This document shows, in pieces, positions 54,445 through 64,000 of a DNA stretch of 64,000 bases; within the stretch, counting starts at the first letter, position 1, and each line of letters starts with the position of its first letter. The stretch is from the NCBI RefSeq assembly GCF_009914755.1, contig NC_060940.1, one strand, 5' to 3'. The DNA comes from the human T2T-CHM13v2.0 reference genome, Homo sapiens. The translations under genes and the position numbers were made by a program. The notes beneath the pieces are model-generated. The model made no database searches and was not told where the DNA came from. It was given only the letters and a program-made list of their open reading frames with translations.

Positions 54445-57400
54445 CCCACCCTGCAAAACTCAAATGTGATGTCACCAGCCCAAGTCACAGCGCTGCCGAG
54501 CTGGGAGCTGGGACTCACAGTCTACTCTGAGCAGGAGCCAGGGCTCCCTCCTCAGCACCACACTGACCGCCTCCCCGTATAAAAAGCTGACATTTCCTTC
54601 AACTGTGACTCACAGTTAGAAGGTTCTACTTTTAATCAGGTGACAAATACTCAAAATATTTTAATCCAAAGCAACTGGGTCAAACTCGTAGAGTCTATAA
54701 TTGTCTAAGCAAACCCTAATTACCTGATAAATTTCTATAGCTCCTGAATGTCCTCATTCAGTTTGTAATCAAATACCCAAATCTCCTTATTTAAATGTTG
54801 TACAAGCCTTCTCTACATGTTATCATACAGAACAGTGACTTATTTTTCTATTTCACTGGTTATTTTAACCATAAAGTTAAAACATGTTTAGGTGGTGCAG
54901 TTTTAATAAGAAAAATCCAAACTAGGGGGAGGAGAAGCAGCTTGTGAATTATAAAAAGATTTGCTTTACAACAGAATTGTACAACTCCACTACACAACTA
55001 CTTTTTCTCCTTACCACAGATTATGCAAATTCGAAAGGTTGAATTAGGTGCAACTGGAAAATATACCTACTGTATACAATATAGTACAGGCATATTAGAA
55101 AGGCAAATTAAGACATTTTCAAACAATAGCAGACAGTACAACTAGAAATGGGAAAGTAAAGTCAGATTTAATCATGTAGAATTATTTTCCCCATTAGATT
55201 TTACTATTCTTAGCAATGGTTCAACTAAACAGTCTTTTGATTAATGGAAATGAAACACCGGGGAAAATGTCACACGGGATAATATCCAAATCTTTCTTAA
55301 GGGTAAGTTTTAAAAGGAATTCAACTTTTAGAGACAGAGCTCAAAAATAGCCTTGCTTCCTAAATTTAGAACCAGAAAACACCCTAAAGGCAGTATTTTA
55401 AATACAGCCACAGTCACCGCCTATATTGTCTAGGAACTTAATAAAAAAAACTTTAAAAAGAGAGGGGCCACTTTTGTTTACTTCCATGCCTTTCACACAG
55501 CCTTGCCCAATTTGATTTGTGTGCCCTTGCTCAAATCTCTTCAAGTCACAGCTCAAATGGCAAAGACCTGACCACTCCAGGACGCCCCGGGGACTCTGCT
55601 CGTGGCCTATTGTAGCACCCCTGTCAGCAGAGCACGGCCCCAGGGAAAGGAGAACAGGCAAAAGCCCCCACAGGCACTGCTCCCAAGGCTTACACTTCTG
55701 CATCAAAGACTCATGCAATAGGAGAATTTTGCCGAAAGCCAAGTTTGAGCCTGACTGAGAAGAGCAGCATCCTTTTCCAGTTAAAGCAAGGAGTGTATCC
55801 GGAGGGATGCACTGCAAGGAAAAGACCTCAGAGAGGACTAAAGGGAACGCTGAGCGCATGTGCTAAAAAGCAGACGGCACGGCCAGGAGCTTCAGAGCCT
55901 AGGAGAGACGGGACAACCAGAAGAGGACTCAGATGTGAGCAAGCCATGGGCCTACAACGATACCCCAGGAAACAAACTGTCATGGTCAGGGTGCTTTTCC
56001 CAACAACCAGGAATGCATGGAAAACAGGCAGGCTTCCCCAACTCCTGGCTCTGTGCTGGCTCAGCAGAAGAGCTGTCACAGGAGCCCAAGGCTCCTCAAC
56101 CATCCCAGGGCCTGCCTCCCACTGGGGCATGCGGCCCTGGACTTCTGCACACGGGGACACTCAGGAAACAGGGGAGGGAGTAAATGAAGCCTTATTCAGA
56201 TCACCCTTTCTGGTTCCAGAGTTTTTGCACTTGACTGCATTTCTGTACCCTTTCCTTAAGTTTTGCCTCGAGGTTTCATCTTCTCAAGATGGTTCTAAGT
56301 ACTCACAGGCATCTATCAGAATCCTGTGTACACTGCTAATGCTTAACAGGTACCTCAAGATAAATTATACACAGTAAACAAACAGAATCACATACTTGTC
56401 TGCTGCTTAAACAGTCCATGAAATATGCTTCAAAATTATCAATAATTTTCAGTGTACATCCTGATTTGATTTAAAAGAAAAAATAATTCAGAACACACAC
56501 CATTTAAGTTTTCGTAATTTTAAGCTTTCATGGCCATCACGTTCCTATTTTTAAAAATACAATAAAAAATGGAGACAGAGTCAATGGTATAGATGACAGA
56601 ATTCCCGGCTATGTATCTGCTGAGGTGCTACACTATCACACGCGTGCCTGCACACTGGTTTCTGTGGATACGAGCACACATGGCTTCTGTCCTTTCCAGA
56701 ACTGCTGAGAAACAGGTCTTGCTCCAATCAGACTAGCACTCCCAGTAAGTCCTAGGACTTACAAGGTACGACAACGTCCCTGGTTAACGCTAGTGTCAGT
56801 TCCCATTGGGCGGATATGCCAGACACACATCATCTCAGGCTACCCTCATAACCACCCTGAGATGGGAATTGTTATTATCTCCATGTTACAGATGAGGAAA
56901 CTCTGAGCTCAGAGAGCTGATGTAACTTGCCCCAAACATGCTCTGGCCTCAGCACTCCTAAGGCCAGCTGGTTTGGTGGCCGGGTGGGAGCCCATGGGTA
57001 CGGAACTCGGAAGCAAATAACAGACCCAATTAGAAGATAGGTGGCAATCTGCTTGAAAGTAAAACCTTAACAAGAAAATGATAAGAACTTTAAGGGACAA
57101 ATACTATATAATTCTTTCACTAATTCCCTCAAATATTTCCTGAGGGCCTACTATGTGTCAGGCACTGCCCCTGGGGAGGGAAGTGCTGGGAAGAGGGCCG
57201 TGGAAAGGCTCTGGAGTTCTTACTGACGCTCACCTTCTGGTGTCACAGGAAGGGGAGCAAGCCTAGAGCCTGAGATGACAAAGACGGACGAGAAATGCCA
57301 TGTGGGCCACTGGGGTCAACAAAAAGCAAAAGAACAAAGAAAAATGCAACCGGTCACCAGGCTTTCTGATAAATTCGTCTGATTTTAAATCAAGTCATCC

Positions 57401-57689
57401 ATATAACTGTTACAGAGGAACAAAAAAGACAGAGAGAGAGGGCCCTGCTAAGCTCTGAAGTGCTCCAAGACAGGAGACCCAAGCTAGCCTGCTGCTCACC
57501 TGGGCTCTCCCGGGCTCCACATCATGCAGCTCAGAAAACTTGCCCTGCTGCTGTTTTCCTTAAAGCTGTCTGTGCAGCCGTGGTAGGCCAGTGCTCCCCA
57601 ACGGGTGCTCAGAGAATGAAGTCCCACGTTATATCAGTCACCAAATTGCAGCCCATGGGCGAAGTCCTCAGATGCCAGTCTTTACAACT

Positions 57690-57845
57690 AGAGTTTTACT
57701 GGAACACAGCCAGGCCCACTCGCCTATGGCTACTTTCTTGCTGAAATGGCAGCCTTGAGTAGTTGCAACAAGAGACCATATGGCTCAGAAAGCCAAATGC
57801 GTGCTCTCTGGCCCTTTGCAGAGGAAGTCTGCGGACCCATAATAG
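57690..57845. mobile_element. MER58A-like remnant
   Basis: GTTTTACTGGAACACAGCC...GAGTAGTTGCAACAAGAGACCATATGGC...CTGGCCCTTTGCAGA. Confidence 0.7.
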
Positions 57846-59212
57846 GCTAAAAAGAGTTCTAGCGTCAAACAGGATTGAGAGTGGTCCAACTGTAGCCCCT
57901 CTCTCACAGTGCCCAATCAGGACACCAAGGCTCTGGGAAAGTCTGCAGTCAAATTCCTCAGCTACAAGCAACAGCATCTGAGCACAAACCATTTGTTGAG
58001 AAATACCTCTTAGCATGCCCTCTAGTTTCTTGGAATACATGTGAAGAGCTGGTTTGAGTAAGGTAAAGAGGGGTGCCCTCACTAATGGGACCCCAAAAAC
58101 TAAACTGACAAGCTTTTGCAATCTTCAGAAACTCACAATAAGGTACATTTCATCTTAACTAAGGTAAGACACACTTTGGCAAAATCATTTTCCTAACTGT
58201 TTTCAAATACATCAAGTAAAAACACAAGTCAGCAATTATGGACCCCCCAGGTAATCACATACTTTGCCACACAATTACAACACACTACTTAGAAGCTGTG
58301 AAAACACAGGCGACTAATCTAAGCATCAACTTCCAACTGCAGGACTCAGTCTCTTTGTAAGTTATGTTCAATTCTGTTTACAGAATCAGATCTGAATGTT
58401 CAGCCAGGAGCGACTTTCCATCTTCTGAAGGCCCTCTAAGGCGCCCTGCACATGACTTGTCCTTGCCTACCTTCATCCCTGACGACCTTTGAATGGGGCC
58501 ACCGCTCTCACCCCTCTCAGTTATTCAAAAACGAAGCACGGTCATGAAATGTCCTAGTCCTAAAAGTCTCTATGACAACTTTTATTCCTACTTAGCCAGA
58601 ACTCACTGATGGGGTAACATAACCGTTTCTCATTCTCCCTGAGGTAAACAGGAACACGAGCCCACACACGTCACGCTGAGGATAACACCAGAACCAGAGG
58701 GAAAAGGGGGACGCCCTAACCCAGGAGGAAGAATACACTCCTGGCTGCCCCCACCACAGGTGGTTACAAACCTCCCCCTTAGTGATCTCATTCATGTGCG
58801 GGAAGGCCGCTACTGAAACTCACTAAGCTTGGCAGGTTCCTGGGTCGATTCAAGTAAATGCATTGTTTACAGATAGAGACTTAGAAAATAAATATATAGA
58901 GCTACGGACTTTAACAATCTAGTTTGGATCTGGTTTTGACCCTGTATCACCTCTCAAGTCCAGTTCCTCACCTAGAAAATAGCAGTAACAGCATCTTCCC
59001 TTCCTCACAGGACGCTGTAAGGATCAAACTGAGGTGACGTGGAGAAAAGCACTCTGATACATAAAGTACCAGACATACATAACAGACCATTTGGTTGACA
59101 ACCATATTCGCCACCAGCTTTCTTTAAATAAGCTTCCCTATTGCATTTAAAAGGATTCACGTCATAAAATGTAATCACAACTGCTTAGAGCCACTTATAC
59201 AGCACAGGATGA

Positions 59213-59568
<356 letters not shown>

Positions 59569-60589
59569 TAAACAGTCTGTTGTGTGCAAATTTTGCAATA
59601 AAGCTGACCAAAAAAAAAAAAAAAAAAAAAAAAAAACAACCCAGAAAACAAAAAACAAAAGTCTACTGCTTGCCTGGATATTTGTCTTATACTGTTAAAT
59701 CATGAATCTCTGATGTTGAAAGACACAATATGCTATTTTAACTTGGACATATTAAATAAAGAAGTTTCCAAAACACCCAACTAACTATATACCGGTAATA
59801 TAAAGTCCCCACTTATTGTAAGGGTGCCAAGTAAAGGAAGACCTCATGTATGAGAAAGTGTAAAGGCTTCTACATAATACAAGAAAATGCTACTTTAACA
59901 TCTGAGGCCATCAAATTCTGTGCCTCTCCAGGGCTGCTGCTTCAGTGGGGTGAAAGGTACCGTTTCTCTCTTGCTACCCTCATTCGCAGCACATTCCGTA
60001 TTTCTGCATCATCTCTGCATAAGCTTCCCAGGCTTCGGCAACTTGTTTGTCATCAGTGGCAGTGACATTCATCACTCTGAGGTGCTGCATGACCTTCGGG
60101 AGTGCTGTTTGCAACATCCATGCCCCCAGATGAGCAGCACCCTGGCTGAGCAGCTCCCCAATGTCGGGTGCATTTTTCTCTCAGCTCACTGCCACCCTTC
60201 ACAGACACATCTAAGTGACACTGGTGGCCCCACAGGCCAGTCTCTACAGACATGCACTGCAGTCCAAGTAGCTCCTGTTTCTCAGGCTGCCAAGGGCTCC
60301 TCCTCCTTTCAACCCCTCAGCTCCTAGACAGAGGTCCCCTCCCTCAAATTTGATCACATGCACCGGGCACACACCCTGCTCCACTAGGCCCAATTTTCCC
60401 CTGGGAGCCTCAGAGACACATCCCGTCACTAAAATAAGATTGAGTTCCTCAAGAATGTTATTCTCAGGTCTGTCCCACCTAACCAAATGCCTTCAGTTTT
60501 TGAATGTATTTAATGTAAAAACTCAAGCCATTTATTTGTTTAAAATACATCCCTAAGATCTCTGTCCATCTCATTACTCAATTTCTTAG

Positions 60590-60912
<323 letters not shown>

Positions 60913-62436
60913 CAGCCCCTTGTTTAATGTGCTTGATAATGAGCCCTTCCTTGGTCCCCCATACTAACAGACCCTTTCACAATAGTGTGATGGTGATGAA
61001 TGTGTAACACATGACCCAACTTAAGTATGATGTTGACTTTCTACTTTGGATTAAATCGGAGCCATTTAAAGCTGACTTTTGGTCCCACGAAAGAGCCCCT
61101 GTGCCTTACAAGGATCAAAATTGTAAAGGAAGGGGGAAAAGGTGGTTAAGTGTGGAAAATCCTTTCTGATCAACTTATTAAGCATCTGATCATCCAATAA
61201 TGGACACTACTATGGAAAAAGCTAACCTTTGGGCTCCATCTTGGAAACAGCTGGATGTACATATAAGGACATGCCTTTTTGTTAAGTCTTGTGTTACTAA
61301 TTGTCCCCCTTTTTAAGACAAAATCTACAACAAATTCATTCAACAACAGCAAAGCTACAAAGCCATCCAGGTTACCAGTTTCAGAAGACAAGCTTCAAAG
61401 CTGAACTCGCCACGTATGACCTACGTCTCACAGAACTGAAGACTACTCAAACACAGCAAGATTAATGAAGCAACGGAGATCTGTTTTGCAGTACAACGGC
61501 ATTTAAACTACTGTTTCCAAATTTCTCACTTCAATAAGTTCATTTTATAAGATTAACGTCAAACTCAACTTTTATCAGCTAAAAAGAAAAGCATTAGTGA
61601 TTTTTATATACCATGAGCATCATTTACTCCTCCCCACTGTTTAACAAATTTTAACTAGATAAGAATCTCCTTATGATTGATCTTTAAAAATCGCTTTTCA
61701 CTTCTACATTAATATTAAACGTCGCTTATCATAACTTGATTCCAGGAATTGTATTCAAACTTAAGCCACAAAATTCAGGTTTTGTTTCAACAGCAATAGC
61801 AGTTTTTTTTAATATGCTAGTGGTCGGTCACAGAACTATTTCCACAAGTTGAACAGCTGTGTCTAGTGCAAATCTGAAGGCAGCGATGTAATTCAATTTG
61901 GACTCATTCATTAGAAACTGATTTTCAGATGCTACCACTGCAAGACTACTGGAGAAATGCAAGCTGCGCTGGAGATGGAATTGTTCGCAGCGGCACACAA
62001 GTTTTTGCGGCAAAGGAGAGAGCTCTAAAAGAGGAAATACAACTAGTTCATGTTACCATGAACCAGCGCAGTGGGACCCAGAATTACTGAATTAATAGAA
62101 AACTAAATACTTCTCTTAAGCAGCTATGATAACTTAAGAAAGTTTCCAGGGAAGCCGTTTAATGAAAGGAAACAAACAAAAAGAAGATTTATTCAGTATC
62201 CTGCTCCATTTTTTTGAAAAATTGGAATTCCTACATTCCTTAACATAATTCTTTGTACATCTACACTGTGAAAGCAACACAAACTCAAATGGAGATTGCA
62301 GCCCAAATGAACTTAAATCTGCTGTTTAACTTTCTTTTGAAGTTATACATGGAAATGAAACACACCACAGCAACTTTCATGACATCTTGCTAACGAAGTT
62401 TGGGTTTTGAAAAATGGAATGACTAGTTGACTAAAA

Positions 62437-62467
<31 letters not shown>

Positions 62468-63036
62468 AAACAAGGAGTTTTGAAAATAAGCACTAAGCAT
62501 CTTTCCAAGGAACTCACTCATTCCAAGAAACTTCGGTTCTAACTCGCAAGCTGGCGGCTGCTGTGAGTGTCCTCTGAATGCAGCCTGGTCAATGTGTCGC
62601 CAATCCAGAAAACACACTGCCCTACCTTTGGCCGCGATCTTGCTTTCTCTAAGCATCAAAGGTACCCTCCGCTGTCATTCCTCTGGACGGCCACGCGTGT
62701 GGACACGGCCGCGGATGGATGCGTAGGACATTACCAAACAAACCCACACGCTGCACTTTACTTCTTCCCTCCTGGAGTGCCACTAGGGTCCCCGCGAGGA
62801 GGGCTGATCGGGTGCGGGGAGGCCGAGTGCACCGGGCGTGTGCTGACCAACTCGGGCCCAGTGACAGTCCTGCGACGAACTTCCACCCTCCCGCGCGGGG
62901 CGAGGGGAACGGGCTGCGGGGCCTGCTCCGAGCTCCCGGCTCGATCGGTATCCGCGACCACGACCCCCGGACGCTCTCTTTCAGGTGGGGGTGACAGCGC
63001 GCCCCGGGCCCCCGCCGCCCCGGACCCCCTCCTCAC

Positions 63037-63121
63037 CTGTGCTGTCATTCGCCGAGAAACCGGGCGAGCTGAGTTTGGCTCTTTTGGGGTTGGGCGGTCC
63101 GTCCAGCAAGTTCTCAGCCAT
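63037..63121 (-). CDS. CREBBP: CREBBP coding exon 1 (85 nt, residues 1-28 plus 1 nt; contains basic PKRAK NLS-like motif)
   Basis: ATG at 63121 in context GTGAAAATGG, translates MAENLLDGPPNPKRAKLSSPGFSANDST; donor ACAG|GTGAGG at 63037/63036. Confidence 0.98.
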
Positions 63122-63328
63122 TTTCACCTGCTCGCGAAAACAGCCCCGGGCACGGGCGGCCGGGCCGGCGAGGGCCCGGACGGGGGTCGGGGGCCCTGCC
63201 GGCTGCGAGGGAGAGGAGCGAGCGCGGGCCGCGAGCGGGCGGGCGGGCGCCGAGGGAGAGGGAGGGCGCAGGCCGGGTGGGGGAGGCGGCGGCCAAATCT
63301 CAGCCACAGCAACAGCGCCCCGCAGCGC

Positions 63329-63379
63329 TCACCGCCCGCCCCCGGCCGCCGCCGCCGCCGCCGGCCGCGGCCCCCTCAT
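63329..63379 (-). other. uORF2 (MRGPRPAAAAAAGGGR*), same frame as the main CDS
   Basis: ATG at 63379 is 258 nt (86 codons) upstream of the main ATG; TGA at 63329-63331. Confidence 0.5.
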
Positions 63380-63482
63380 CCCCTGCCCGCCTCCCGAGCG
63401 CGACACTCCGCGGTGGGGGCGCCCCGGCGGCCCGGCCGCCCCCCCGGGCCCGGCTGGCAGCGACGGCGCCCGGCCGGGCGGC

Positions 63483-63503
63483 TCAGGCAGTCCCCGAGAA
63501 CAT
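63483..63503 (-). other. uORF1 (MFSGTA*)
   Basis: GGCACCATGTTCTCGGGGACTGCCTGA; A at -3. Confidence 0.55.
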
Positions 63504-63688
63504 GGTGCCGCCGCCGCCGCCGCCTCGCTCCCCCCCCGCGCCCCACTTAATGAATTCGCTCGCGGCCCGACGACGAGGGGGCTCCGGGCTCCGCTCCCGG
63601 CCCGCGGCCCGCCGCCGCCGCCGCCGTGAGGAAAAACAATGCGCCGAGCGGGGTCGCCGCCGCCGCCGCGGCCCCCCCACCCCCCGTT

Positions 63689-63727
63689 CCGCCGCCGCCG
63701 CCGCCGCTGCCGCCGCCGCCGCCGCCG
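63689..63727. repeat. (CCG)6 CTG (CCG)6 trinucleotide repeat in the 5'UTR
   Basis: Read directly; shorter CCG runs lie near 63347, 63508, 63609 and 63655. Confidence 0.95.
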
Positions 63728-63891
63728 GGCTCCGGGAGGCCGAGCCGAGAGGCGAGCGGGGCCGCCGGGGCGGGCGCCGAGGGCCGGGCGGAGCGGGCCG
63801 GCCGGGCGGAGCGGGGTGCGCGGGCGGTTGTGGGGCCCGGGACCGGCGGGGCCGAGTAGATCGCGCTCGAAGCCCCGGTCGGGTCCGCGAC

Positions 63892-63902
63892 AAGATGGCG
63901 GC
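63892..63902 (+). promoter_or_regulatory. YY1 consensus site (AAGATGGCGGC) just downstream of the inferred TSS
   Basis: Exact match to the YY1 consensus; position typical of YY1 sites at TATA-less promoters. Confidence 0.75.
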
Positions 63903-63963
63903 TGTTGATTCCTCAATTAAAAAAAAAAGAAAGTTTTTTTTCTTCTCTTTCCAGAGCCTGAAC

Positions 63964-63985
63964 GGGGAGGGGGTGGGGGCGGGGC
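63964..63985 (+). promoter_or_regulatory. GC box (Sp/KLF, GGGGCGGGGC) within a G-quadruplex-competent motif
   Basis: GGGGAGGGGGTGGGGGCGGGGC: four G-runs with single-nucleotide loops. Confidence 0.7.
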
Positions 63986-64000
63986 ACGCCGGTGCGTCAC

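Larger units (their letters stand above)
63122..63918 (-). other. CREBBP: CREBBP 5'UTR (long, very GC-rich, with two uAUGs and CGG runs)
   Basis: Contiguous GC-rich sequence upstream of the start ATG; 5' limit inferred. Confidence 0.75.
62620..64000. promoter_or_regulatory. CpG island over promoter, exon 1 and start of intron 1
   Basis: Very high GC content and dense CpG, in contrast with the CpG-depleted rest of the window. Confidence 0.95.

Noticed and set aside
55398-56377. Overlapping ORFs of 110-210 aa in intron 1
   Set aside because: No recognisable homology, mostly non-ATG starts, open on both strands; consistent with chance.
62567-63908. Long plus-strand ORFs in the CpG island (327 aa, 214 aa and others)
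   Set aside because: Low-complexity Arg/Pro/Gly/Ala products are expected from stop-poor GC-rich DNA; no recognisable domain.

Overview
Human (primate) genomic DNA containing the 5' part of CREBBP (CBP histone acetyltransferase) on the minus strand. From the right end it holds a CpG-island promoter and ~0.8 kb GC-rich 5'UTR, coding exon 1 (63037-63121, MAENLLDGPPNPKRAKLSSPGFSANDST), a ~28.8 kb intron 1, coding exon 2 (33523-34235, 713 nt), and most of intron 2. No exon 3 was found in the window. The introns are dense with about 45 Alus (including young AluYa5 and AluYb8-type copies), old L1, L2, MIR, Tigger3, MER5/MER58/MER3, MER21 and MLT LTR remnants, microsatellites and a processed DPPA3 (STELLA) pseudogene. 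I see no prokaryotic-type system and no new protein-coding gene. The most unusual observations are: (1) a 60-nt copy of the exon 2 splice acceptor inserted in intron 2, in phase with a 216-codon open frame; (2) a ~200-bp-arm inverted duplication of non-Alu sequence in intron 1, joined by a short Alu patch; (3) a DPPA3 retrocopy that splits an AluJ; (4) an AluYb8-type element nested in an AluY; (5) exon 2 circRNA architecture; (6) uORFs and CCG repeats in the 5'UTR. Repeat subfamily names and boundaries were assigned by eye and are approximate.
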